Positions 18,443-26,848 of a stretch of DNA of 32,000 nt are shown here, piece by piece. The stretch's first letter is position 1; the number at the start of each line of letters is the position of its first letter. The position numbers and the translations under genes are program-made. The notes under the pieces were generated by a model. The model did not search any database, was not told where the DNA came from, and saw only the letters and a program-made list of their open reading frames with translations. Origin of the DNA: Mucisphaera calidilacus (GTDB lineage: Bacteria; Planctomycetota; Phycisphaerae; Phycisphaerales; Phycisphaeraceae). The DNA is taken from assembly GCF_007748075.1 (NCBI RefSeq), contig NZ_CP036280.1, forward strand, positions 1,740,001 to 1,772,000, written 5' to 3'.

Positions 18443-18788
18443 TGACCTTCCCCCACGATTCAGCCCACAGTCTACGGTAGACCGAGGCTGGTTTGCGGAG
18501 GCGGGCGTTCTCACGCTCGAGCTCCTTGAACTTGCGGGCCTGGTCGACCTTCATCCCCCCGTACTCCCGACGCCAGCGGTAGTACGTCTGTTCTCCCACG
18601 CCCAGCTGCCTGCACGCCTGAGCCACCGTCCGGCCTTGGCCCAGCAGCACATCGGCTTCACGAAGCTTGTTCACAATCTCTTCGGCCGAATGACGCTTTC
18701 TGCTCATCGATGACGCTTCCTTCCTGATGACGCCCAGAACGCGGGAAGTCTCCCACAACATCCGGACTCGGTTCAGGGGGGAAGGTCA
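18443..18788 (-). mobile_element. Internally deleted (miniature) IS3-family insertion sequence that keeps both terminal inverted repeats and only the 5' part of orfA
   Basis: TGACCTTCCCCC at 18443-18454 and its inverted copy GGGGGGAAGGTCA at 18776-18788 (TG...CA ends as in the IS3 family). The orfA HTH fragment lies inside. The element sits 15 bp downstream of the antiporter stop. I could not identify an unambiguous target-site duplication. Confidence 0.65.
18492..18707 (-). pseudogene. Truncated IS3-family transposase orfA (HTH/leucine-zipper N-terminal part only)
   Basis: MSRKRHSAEEIVNKLREADVLLGQGRTVAQACRQLGVGEQTYYRWRREYGGMKVDQARKFKELERENARLRK matches the IS3/IS911-type orfA N-terminus. 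After K72 (about 18492) the frame runs into the IS end and the 3' end of the antiporter gene, giving non-transposase sequence. No orfB is present. Confidence 0.7.
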
Positions 18789-18939
18789 GCCTAATATGTC
18801 AAGGTTGTGGGTTGCAAATTTCTCTTATTTGTAAAATCATCACAGCCCATTCTGTTCGTATATTGTAAACTCTAGCAGTAGACTATCGTCTGAAGCTTCG
18901 GCTTACGTACCAATAACGACCGGCACTGAGGTACATCAC

Positions 18940-20061
18940 GTGTCCAGAGTCGCCACCAAGCACCAACTCGTCTTCGAAGCCGTCCGCAAGGAGATCCGCG
19001 ACGGGCGGTTCAACCCCGGCGATCGCATCCCCTCCGACGTCGAACTCGTCGAGAAGTTCAAGGTCTCCCGGCCGACCGTGGCCAAAGCCCTGCAGGAACT
19101 CGAACGCAACGGCCTGGTCATCCGACGCCCGGGATCGGGCACGTACGTCAAGAAGACGGACAAGGATGGATACCTCTTCGGCCTGCTGATCCCCGGCCTC
19201 GGCGACACCGAGATCTTTGAACCAATCTGTGGCGAGATCGCTCGATCCGCGCAGCAGCTCAATCACTCCCTGCTCTGGGGTGGTGCGGGAACGCACACGC
19301 TCTTCGACAGCGACGAGGTCGGGTCGATCTCCCTTGATATCTGCCGTCAGTTCATCCAGAACAAGGTCTCGGGCATCTTCTTCGCGCCGCTCGTGGTGGC
19401 GGAGCACCACAACACCATCAATCAGCAGATCACACAAACGCTGACCGATGCGGGGATCCCGGTGGTCCTGCTGGACCGCGACATCGTGCCCTTCCCTAAT
19501 CGCAGCGGTTTTGACCTCGTCGGCATCAACAACCATCGGGCTGGCTTTCTCGTTACCCAGCACCTGATCGAGCAGGGATGCGACAGCATCCTCTTTGTCA
19601 CCGACCAGTACCGGGTTGGCACGGTCGAGGCGCGAATCGCCGGATTCAATCAGGCCCTCCTGCTGGCCGAGCGACCGGTCACACCGTCACTCATTCAGCG
19701 ATGCAACCCACGCGATGCAACCTTCGTCGCCAACATGATGGCGGCACACAAGCCGTGTGGCATTGTCTGTGGCAACGACGTTGTCGCTGCCAATCTCATC
19801 CACACGCTCGACAATCTCGACATCGAGGTCCCCAACCACGTGCTGGTCGCCGGTATTGACGACGTGAAGTATGCTGAACTGTTGCGTGTGCCGCTGACCA
19901 CGATCCATCAGCCCTGCGAGGCGATCGGACGCGCAGCGATTCGGGCGATGCTCGATCGACTCGAGATGCCGGACATGCCCGCGCGCGACGTTCTCGTTGC
20001 CTGCCACCTGGTCGAACGTGCCTCGACCGAGCGACTCGATCGGCTCAACGGCAAGGCCTGA
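18940..20061 (+). CDS. Chimeric regulator: GntR-type winged-HTH N-terminus + LacI/periplasmic-binding-protein-type sugar-binding C-terminus (AraR-like architecture)
   Basis: GTG start. The N-terminus KHQLVFEAVRKEIRDGRFNPGDRIPSDVELVEKFKVSRPTVAKALQELERNGLVIRRPGSGTYV is GntR-type. The remainder (GLLIPGLGDTEIFEPICGEIARSA...GIFFAP...VVLLDRD...DSILFV...GIVCGNDVVAANLIHTL...VAGIDDV) has the LacI/GalR ligand-domain pattern. Confidence 0.8.
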   Translation: MSRVATKHQLVFEAVRKEIRDGRFNPGDRIPSDVELVEKFKVSRPTVAKALQELERNGLVIRRPGSGTYVKKTDKDGYLFGLLIPGLGDTEIFEPICGEIARSAQQLNHSLLWGGAGTHTLFDSDEVGSISLDICRQFIQNKVSGIFFAPLVVAEHHNTINQQITQTLTDAGIPVVLLDRDIVPFPNRSGFDLVGINNHRAGFLVTQHLIEQGCDSILFVTDQYRVGTVEARIAGFNQALLLAERPVTPSLIQRCNPRDATFVANMMAAHKPCGIVCGNDVVAANLIHTLDNLDIEVPNHVLVAGIDDVKYAELLRVPLTTIHQPCEAIGRAAIRAMLDRLEMPDMPARDVLVACHLVERASTERLDRLNGKA

Positions 20062-20098
20062 CACCGCCATCATCACCCAGAGATGAAGAAGGACTCCC

Positions 20099-21016
20099 GT
20101 GGACCAGCCCCCCCGCGTCGTCGGACTTGGCGAAGCACTCTTCGACTGCTTCCCGGATCGTATTGTCCTTGGCGGCGCACCGGTTAATTTCGCCGTCCAC
20201 GCCGATCGACTCCTCAACCCGACTGGCGGTTCGGGCACCATACTCAGCCGTGTCGGATCCGATGCCCTCGGCCGCAAGCTCACGGATGAACTGGTTCAAC
20301 GAGGCATCGACACCGGTCATTTGCAGCACGATCCCAACTACCCGACCGGCACGGTCGATGTCAGGCTCACCGATGAAGGGCAGCCCGATTACACCATCAC
20401 GCCCGACGTGGCCTGGGATCACCTCGACTTCGATGAGCGTGCTCGAGGTCTTGCTGAATCGTGCCAGGCCGTCTGCTTCGGCACACTCGCTCAACGGTCC
20501 AAGCCGGCACGGTCGTCCATCCAGAGCTTTCTGGAATCCGCCGCCGACGCGATTCGCATGCTGGACATCAACATCCGCAGAGGCTATGACCTTGCCCCTC
20601 TGCTGCCGCGCAGCATCGAATTGGCAACCGTAGTCAAGCTCAACGAGCACGAATTGCCGCTTGCAGCAGAGATCCTCGGCCTGACAACCTCCGGCCAACC
20701 ACTGGCCCAGCTCGAAGCACTGCTGGATGAAGGCGGGCTCGACGCGGTAGCGCTGACACGGGGATCCGAGGGCACGCTGTTGATGACTAAGCAGGGAGGC
20801 TTCGAGGGCGAGCCGGGCAGCTTCAATCCGAATCCCGATGCGGACAGCGTGGGCGCGGGCGACGCGTGTGGCGCGGGGCTCGTCGCCGGAATGTTGCTGG
20901 GCCTTGATCCCCGAGACATCGTGACGCTTGCCAATGCGATGGGGGCTCACGTCGCTTCGTGTCCCGGCGCGACACCACCGCTACCCGACAGGATCCTGGA
21001 TCTCGTTCGCCGGTAA
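20099..21016 (+). CDS. PfkB-family carbohydrate kinase (fructokinase-like)
   Basis: VVGLGEALFDCF...LGGAPVNFAVHADRLL opening and the C-terminal DSVGAGDACGAGLVAGMLLG (PfkB GAGD motif). GAAGGA lies 7 nt upstream of the GTG start. Only 37 nt separate it from the regulator gene, so the two probably form an operon. Confidence 0.8.
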   Translation: MDQPPRVVGLGEALFDCFPDRIVLGGAPVNFAVHADRLLNPTGGSGTILSRVGSDALGRKLTDELVQRGIDTGHLQHDPNYPTGTVDVRLTDEGQPDYTITPDVAWDHLDFDERARGLAESCQAVCFGTLAQRSKPARSSIQSFLESAADAIRMLDINIRRGYDLAPLLPRSIELATVVKLNEHELPLAAEILGLTTSGQPLAQLEALLDEGGLDAVALTRGSEGTLLMTKQGGFEGEPGSFNPNPDADSVGAGDACGAGLVAGMLLGLDPRDIVTLANAMGAHVASCPGATPPLPDRILDLVRR

Positions 21017-21039
21017 GAACACCTATCTGGTCGGGGCAT

Positions 21040-21073
21040 AAAAAAACACCCCGCGAGCGCGAGGTGCTGTTTT
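21040..21073. terminator. Bidirectional intrinsic terminator between the kinase gene and the convergent pseudopilin-like pseudogene
   Basis: A7 run (21040-21046), a hairpin at 21047-21066 (outer stem cacc/ggtg and inner stem cgc/gcg separated by one c-a mismatch, loop gagc), then tgtttt (21068-21073). This gives a U-run on either strand. Confidence 0.55.
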
Positions 21074-21096
21074 GAGATGCGTTGAAAGCCCGTGGT

Positions 21097-22001
21097 TTAC
21101 TGCCACCAGACGTAGCCGGGAGCGAGATTGCCGTTCTCGTCCGTGTCGTTCTCGAGGAAGATGTCATCCTCCGCGGCCGTCGGCAGTTCACCGTACTGGA
21201 GGTTCTCCATGATGTGGCTGCTCTCAAAAGTCGTGCTGCCATCATTCCGGACCACCGTGCCCTGCCAGGCGGGCGAATCGCCAGAAGAGGTCGGGTCGGT
21301 CCATATGCTGTACTCGGAGCCCGAATCACCAAAGCTGCGGTCGGTCAGCAGGACCGCCGAGGTATTCAGCTCATCACGTCACTCCAGCCACCGATTCATC
21401 TTGCTCGCGTCCGTAAAACCTCGGTACTGAGCAAATACGGCGATATTCGGGTCGTTGTGCCTGAAGAGCAGAGCAAGGCAGGCGTAGGAGAACTTGGGGT
21501 TGTGCTCGCTGCCGTACTTCGAGTCATAGGACGTGATCGTGCCTTCGGGGGCGCCGTCGCCGTCGAGGTCCTGGGTCTCGCCCGGAACCGCGGCACGGCC
21601 TCATCATCCCCCGGGCTGATGAGATAATCAGCCGAGAACATGCCGCTGTTGAGGAGGATGGCCAGCCGTGTCGAGGGGAGACTTCCGAGCGAGCCACGCG
21701 ACACCGCGTGCTCAGCACCACCCTCGTAATCATCACCATCAGTGAGCAGCGGGCCCCGCGTGTTGGAGAAGCCTTAGCCGACGGTGTCGCCTTGGTTATC
21801 GATTCCCGCGTACCAGCCGCCGTTGCTCTGGGCATGGATCACAAGCCCCTGATGAATGCCGCGGAGTTGGGTTGAGTTCTGCAACTGACGGGCCGTTCGT
21901 CGGGCTGCACCCAACGCCGGCAGCAGAATGCCGATAAGCAGCGCGATGATGGAAATGACTACCAGCAGTTCGATGAGCGTAAAGCCTTCAGATCGCCGCA
22001 T
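21097..22001 (-). pseudogene. Disrupted pseudopilin-like (prepilin N-terminal motif, DGS-type C-terminus) gene with two in-frame stops and one frameshift
   Basis: ATG at complement 21999-22001 gives [39 protein letters not shown]...[10 protein letters not shown]. Then TAA (21774-21776) interrupts, and the same frame continues GFSNTRGPLLTDGDDYEGGAEHAVSRGSLGSLPSTRLAILLNSGMFSADYLISPGDDEAV. Sense moves to another frame around 21578-21603 (PGETQDLDGDGAPEGTITSYDSKYGSEHNPKFSYACLALLFRHNDPNIAVFAQYRGFTDASKMNRWLE). TGA (21379-21381) follows, then RDELNTSAVLL...AWQGTVVRNDGSTTFESS...GYVWWQ and TAA at 21097-21099. The length of 905 nt is not a multiple of 3. Confidence 0.6.
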
Positions 22002-22101
22002 GTTGAACCTCGTCTGTTGTTGCCAGCTTGGGTTGAAACGCTCAGGCAGTGATTTGATTCCGAGAGCCACGCAAAGAATACGAGTGACGAACTCTGATTT
22101 A

Positions 22102-22129
22102 ACTTTACTTTTAGCATCGCATATGTCAA
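22102..22129 (-). promoter_or_regulatory. Sigma70-like promoter candidate upstream of the pseudopilin-like pseudogene
   Basis: On the minus strand: TTGACA (complement 22124-22129), a 16-nt spacer, then TAAAGT (complement 22102-22107). It lies in an AT-rich island about 100 nt upstream of the ATG. Confidence 0.35.
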
Positions 22130-22364
22130 CTTTTTCTCACTATTAATATTACATATTTAACTCCTTGTCCTTGTCTTAATTTTACATTTGCAATCGCATT
22201 GACAACGGATGTCTGAGTCCATACTGCTATAAATCCCGTAAGACACTCCCCTGAAATCACTTGCAGAGAGTCTCGCGCGGGCTCGATCCCCAGATTCATG
22301 TTTTACAGTTTCAGGTGCTTCCGGCTACCTCTCGGCAGTCAGATCACCTCGCGTACCCGCGCTC

Positions 22365-25300
22365 TTACCTGGCAGGATCGACCAGATAAACCTTCGCGGC
22401 CATACTCTTCATAAATACAGGCACCTCGATGACCACGCCCCGGTCATCACCCCGCGCATCCGTGGTCGCTATGACCCGACCCTCGAACGTGTCCCACCAC
22501 TCAACGCGATACCTGCCTGCGGGGAGGTCGCCAAGACGCACGACACAGGGCTGAATCGGCCCGAGTTCCTCTTCCGCCTGCTGGCGACTGGCCCAGGAAT
22601 AGCCCTCGTCACGCAGCCACAGGCAGGCCAGCAGGCCATCATCCACCACGCGCTCGAATCGTGACGCCCACACATCCACGCCGGGATCATCGCGGGCGAT
22701 GAAGTTGGTGACCTCGTAAGAAGCCCCCAGCCAGTCCTTACCCGTGTTGCGGACGATCACCTCGTGCTCGCCGGCGAGAAGGTCAACCCCGTACGCACCG
22801 TTGTAGGTTGAGATCGCCTGTCTGGACGCGCCATTGTTGTCCTCGAACACCTCGGACAGCAGGACCTCGCCGTTGACCTCGATCTCGAGTCCCGCTCCGG
22901 CCCAACCCGAGACTGTCTCGACGTGCACAATGAACCGACCCTCCTCGGGCATGTTCAGGCGCAGCGTCGATGGGTTATGCAGGTGTCGATTGTCACCCGA
23001 GTTGCCGTGGAGTACCGCGGGGAAAAGATCGAAGTCCGTAACCGCTCCGTCCGCACGGACCTCGAACGAATTCGGCTGATTGACGATGCCGCGATCCCAG
23101 CTCTTAGCGGCAGCCTGAATCACCAGCGGTCGTCGCGCACCATCTCGATCGGGCGTATCTCGCAGACGTATCTCAATGTCATCGATCGGACGGAAACCGA
23201 CACGGTTCAGCGGCATGCCGGAAACAAAGCGTGCCAACGGCGTCATCCGGTGATAAAGGTCATTCGGCTGCACGTAGCTGTCCCACCACCAGACCATGGG
23301 ACCACCCGCGGAACCCGAGAACAGTGCGGCCCAGTGCCCGTTGTGCAGATGAACACCCTCGAGATCGACGCCCGTCGAACCGGATGCAGAGACGTTGACG
23401 CCGTACTCACCGAACAGGTGCGGCCGGCCATACTCCCGGATCTTCCGCTGTGCGATCGGTACGAAATAGGGCGGAAAATCTTTTGCCCCGTAGATGTGCG
23501 TCTGTACGAAATCAAGCACTTCCAAGCGATCCACCTCGGGGTCACCATGGTTGATCCAGAAACTCGTCGCCACCGGATGGTCGTACACATCAAGGTCTTT
23601 GATCACACGCGCCATCTCTTGATGCCAGTCGGCGGACGGACCCTTGAAGTAGCCGTCGATGCCGTTCGCCTCGTTCCACAACTCCCAATTCATCAGCGAT
23701 ACGTGGTGCCCGTAGCGTGCAACGATGTAACGCAGCCGCTGACGGAAGTAGGCGCGAGCTGAGGGATCAGACAACACCTCGTGTGTCCTGCGCAGCGGCC
23801 CGCCCTGCGCCGCGTTGTAAGGCGACTCGTGCCAGTGACGCGGCTCACCCGAAGCACGCATCGCGCTGAAAGACTCGATCGCGGCCATCACCTTCATATC
23901 GAGCCGCTCGGCGAGATCGAGCACCGCGTCGACACGTGCCGCCGCTTTCAGATCGATCCAGCCCAGTCCGTTCGCGCCGGGAACCGCGTCCTCGTGGCGT
24001 TCGTGCCGCTCAAGCCCCATCCTGTTGAAGGTCGGGCTGATCCAGATGCGCGCAAAGTTGCCCTCGGCCTCAGCGATGCCGCCGAAGTACATCTCGAAAT
24101 CACGCTGTCCCCGGGGACCGGACCACCCGACATTCATGCCGATCGGGAAGTAGAGCGAACCGTCGTCATGCTCGAAGTAAAGTGGGTTGTCTCGGGCCAC
24201 ACGCACAAAGCCCGACGCTTCACTCGCCGTGACTTCAAAACCATAGGGATCACTGGCCACCCTTCCGCTGCCATCGTCCAGTACCAGTTGCAACCGATAA
24301 GCACCCGGCTCGGTGGGTGTAAAGCGAACCTCCCAGACAGGGTCGCCCGTTGCCTCGAGAACCTCGTGACCCTCGACCTCATCGAACCGGTAATCACGAT
24401 TCATGAATCCCGGCACCGTCAGTCGTTTCCCGCTCGGCGTCGTGATGATCGCATCCAGCCGGACGTCCTCAGGATCGAACGGGTTCACCCATGTGCCGCC
24501 ACACGACGCCCGAACCGTCAGCCGTTCATAGGCCGCCAGCCGATCCGCTGAGAGGGTGACCGCATCGATCGAAGCGATGCCACGCGAGGCGTAGAGGCGA
24601 CGCTCCGGGTACATCGACGCGTAGGCAGCATCCTTCGCACGCAGCCCCTCGCGGTGTTCAATGTGCCGCAGACGGAATCCCACCTCGATGCCATCCATCG
24701 CCAGCGGATCCTCGCGCACAGCAAGACGGGCGGTGAACGCGGGCCGATCACGACGCTCGTCACGCAGATGCCAGACACCCGTGATCCCCGAGAACCGATC
24801 GGCCACCAGGTAGCCGTCGGTGTTTGTGCGCACCATGACACGTTCTGCCGGTTCGATCGTCAGCGCATCACGTTCGCCGTCGCCATCCGAATCCTCACGA
24901 CGCAACACCCCCCCGCCGCTGAACACGCCGGTGCGAACCCGGTCGCCGCGAAACAGCAGCCAGTCGTGCTCAACGCCATCCAACTCGGGCACCGCCAATT
25001 CGATCGCCATCGCGGGCAACGCCGCATCATCGATCGACTCGACACGCAAGGCGCAGGCCAGGCCTTCTTCCTCGGGGACCTGCCTCCAGAAGAGCACGCC
25101 TACTGCACGCCCGTCCAGGACCACGTCCGCCGTCCGTGTGGACAATCCCCACCGTGTCTCTGAGGGCCGGTGGCCCATGTCGACGACCGTCAACGACTGC
25201 GACGCCTCTGCGTCCAGCAGGCGCAGACCGATCACCATCGGCAGGGGATGAGCAGGCCCCTCACCCGTCGCGTTCCTAACCTCCGCTGCCAGCAGTCGGG

Positions 25301-25424
25301 TCTCGGGCATCACGTGCACCGTACATAGGAGAAACACGGACAACAGGATCCGAAAAAACCGCCCACGTCCGTAAACGTGAGCGGTTCGGGAGGATCGTCG
25401 CGATTCATGCATCTTGATGATCAC
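22365..25424 (-). CDS. Large secreted clan GH-A glycoside hydrolase: GH5-like TIM barrel preceded by a DUF5060-like Ig domain, with uncharacterised N- and C-terminal regions
   Basis: Hydrophobic signal-like segment FFRILLSVFLLCTVHV. ERLTVRASCGGTWVNPFDPEDVRLDAIITTPSGKRLTVPGFMNRDY...WEVRFTPTEPGAYRLQL resembles the DUF5060 domain found N-terminal to GH5-like enzymes. GNFARIWISP, NWELWNEANG (acid/base NE) and PHLFGEYGVN (nucleophile E) fit GH5 and mannanase-like clan A enzymes. The start (GTG 25424 vs ATG 25412) is uncertain. Confidence 0.75.
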   Translation of the reverse strand: MIIKMHESRRSSRTAHVYGRGRFFRILLSVFLLCTVHVMPETRLLAAEVRNATGEGPAHPLPMVIGLRLLDAEASQSLTVVDMGHRPSETRWGLSTRTADVVLDGRAVGVLFWRQVPEEEGLACALRVESIDDAALPAMAIELAVPELDGVEHDWLLFRGDRVRTGVFSGGGVLRREDSDGDGERDALTIEPAERVMVRTNTDGYLVADRFSGITGVWHLRDERRDRPAFTARLAVREDPLAMDGIEVGFRLRHIEHREGLRAKDAAYASMYPERRLYASRGIASIDAVTLSADRLAAYERLTVRASCGGTWVNPFDPEDVRLDAIITTPSGKRLTVPGFMNRDYRFDEVEGHEVLEATGDPVWEVRFTPTEPGAYRLQLVLDDGSGRVASDPYGFEVTASEASGFVRVARDNPLYFEHDDGSLYFPIGMNVGWSGPRGQRDFEMYFGGIAEAEGNFARIWISPTFNRMGLERHERHEDAVPGANGLGWIDLKAAARVDAVLDLAERLDMKVMAAIESFSAMRASGEPRHWHESPYNAAQGGPLRRTHEVLSDPSARAYFRQRLRYIVARYGHHVSLMNWELWNEANGIDGYFKGPSADWHQEMARVIKDLDVYDHPVATSFWINHGDPEVDRLEVLDFVQTHIYGAKDFPPYFVPIAQRKIREYGRPHLFGEYGVNVSASGSTGVDLEGVHLHNGHWAALFSGSAGGPMVWWWDSYVQPNDLYHRMTPLARFVSGMPLNRVGFRPIDDIEIRLRDTPDRDGARRPLVIQAAAKSWDRGIVNQPNSFEVRADGAVTDFDLFPAVLHGNSGDNRHLHNPSTLRLNMPEEGRFIVHVETVSGWAGAGLEIEVNGEVLLSEVFEDNNGASRQAISTYNGAYGVDLLAGEHEVIVRNTGKDWLGASYEVTNFIARDDPGVDVWASRFERVVDDGLLACLWLRDEGYSWASRQQAEEELGPIQPCVVRLGDLPAGRYRVEWWDTFEGRVIATTDARGDDRGVVIEVPVFMKSMAAKVYLVDPAR

Positions 25425-25444
25425 TCAGGCTGAAGGAAACCACT

Positions 25445-26803
25445 TCACGCAACACGACGACGCATCAGGCCCGCCGAGCCCAGCAGGATCAGGCTCGCCA
25501 CCGCCGGCTCCGGAACTCCCGGTGCCGACGTGTCGAAGTTACCGGCGAGGATCGAGAGGTCAAGCAGATCGACCGTCCCGTCGTCGTTGAAATCACCGTC
25601 TTCCCACCCGAACGAGCCGGGCTTGTCGAAGTTGGAAGCCAAGATCGATAGGTCCAGCAGATCGACCATGCCGTCACGGTTCGCGTCGCCCGGGTAGTCG
25701 ATCTGATCCACCTCACGGATCAGCCGGAAGTTGTCGACGTAGAACGAGCCGGGCGCGTCCGTGTTCGTCGCCAGCAGCAGAACGATCGCTTCGCTGTCCT
25801 CAACGATCGACTCAAAGGGCAGACTGGTGTTCGCGCCGATGAGACTCGACATCGAGATCTCGTAGGTATAAGTGCCCGGTTCGGAGGTATCGAAGAACTG
25901 CGTGGGAGATGAATAGAAGGCCTCACTGTCGTCATTCAGCGAGATGCGGAAGCCCGCGAAGCTCGTGGCCGGGTCGAGGTCCGCGGGATCGATGGTGATA
26001 TCAAACGCGAGGAAGTCGGCCTGATTGAACCGGTCGGCGATCGCGTTGATCTCTTCCTGTGTGTCGCCGTTATCGATGTCCCAGCGAACCTCGCTGCCCC
26101 AGCGGAAGTTCGGGACGCCCGAGGTGCGTGTCACCTTCAGGGCGTTATTCCCCTCGGTCGCGTTAGCGGAGACCACCTCCCGGGTCGTTTCGGGATTCGG
26201 GTAGTAGGTGGGATCGGGATCCATCCAGCCCTCGAGACCGGTCTCGAAAGAGAAGAGTGTGTCCGTCACGCGCGGCTTCGGCTCTTCCGCGGTCTCAACA
26301 TTTGCCAGCACTGCGAACGACGTGCCGTTGTCCGGGTCGAACATCTGGATGCCGAAACTCGTCACGTCATCGAGGTCGGCGATGCCGTCGAGGGGGAGGC
26401 TCAATCGATTGGCCGAGCCCACCTGAATCTGCGTCTGGGGCGATTCGAAGAAGCCCTCCTCGCCCGTTGTGATGAAGAGCTTGGCCCCCAGCGCGAAAGT
26501 CTGAGGTGTAAACATCAGGTCGAAGCTGTCAAAGCCCGTGAGATCGGCGTTGAAAGCCTGATTCTGCATGACCACACGGGAGATCCCTTCCGCGGGAGGA
26601 CCAAAGTCCATATCCAGCAGGATTCCGTCGCCGTCGAGGGTGAGTTCCCAGAGACCTCCGCCTCCTCCGAAAGCGGTGGTGACGTCTTGCATGGCTTCCA
26701 GCTCGGCCTGAGTTGGCGAGAAGATCACGGCCTGGGCAGGCCCCGCGAGGAGCAGACCGGCCGTTACGGCCATCCATGTACGTGTGTTCGTGCAAGCAGG
26801 CAT
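25445..26803 (-). CDS. Secreted non-catalytic protein: two CBM-like modules + two dockerin-like repeats + PEP-CTERM anchor
   Basis: Signal peptide ...WMAVTAGLLLAGPAQA. The second module opens LFSFETGLEGW...ATEGNNALKV and ends FYVDNFRLI, making it a paralog of 29425..30099. Dockerin-like GDANRDGMVDLLDLSILASNFD and GDFNDDGTVDLLDLSILAGNFD (25532-25690). PEP-CTERM VPEPAVASLILLGSAGLMRRRVA (25448-25516). Confidence 0.85.
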   Translation of the reverse strand: MPACTNTRTWMAVTAGLLLAGPAQAVIFSPTQAELEAMQDVTTAFGGGGGLWELTLDGDGILLDMDFGPPAEGISRVVMQNQAFNADLTGFDSFDLMFTPQTFALGAKLFITTGEEGFFESPQTQIQVGSANRLSLPLDGIADLDDVTSFGIQMFDPDNGTSFAVLANVETAEEPKPRVTDTLFSFETGLEGWMDPDPTYYPNPETTREVVSANATEGNNALKVTRTSGVPNFRWGSEVRWDIDNGDTQEEINAIADRFNQADFLAFDITIDPADLDPATSFAGFRISLNDDSEAFYSSPTQFFDTSEPGTYTYEISMSSLIGANTSLPFESIVEDSEAIVLLLATNTDAPGSFYVDNFRLIREVDQIDYPGDANRDGMVDLLDLSILASNFDKPGSFGWEDGDFNDDGTVDLLDLSILAGNFDTSAPGVPEPAVASLILLGSAGLMRRRVA

Positions 26804-26848
26804 CTCGATAACCTCCGTAGTTGCGTTCCTGTTCAGAAACAGTACGAG

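Noticed and set aside
18321-18761. 146-aa ORF that could be taken for an intact small transposase/HTH gene
   Set aside because: Only residues 19-90 (from the internal ATG at 18707) are transposase-like. The remainder is read-through across the IS deletion junction, the IS end and the antiporter 3' end, so it was called a truncated orfA inside a miniature IS.
20045-20950. 301-aa minus-strand ORF overlapping the PfkB kinase gene, and 18883-19563 (226 aa) overlapping the AraR-like regulator
   Set aside because: The plus-strand frames carry diagnostic motifs (GEALFD...GGAPVN...GAGDA, and the GntR HTH plus LacI-type domain). The antisense translations have none.
21379-21776. In-frame TGA and TAA in the pseudopilin-like gene as possible recoding (selenocysteine or read-through)
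   Set aside because: Two different stop codons plus a frameshift in a single non-redox gene, with no obvious downstream stem-loop, point to decay or sequencing error and not recoding.
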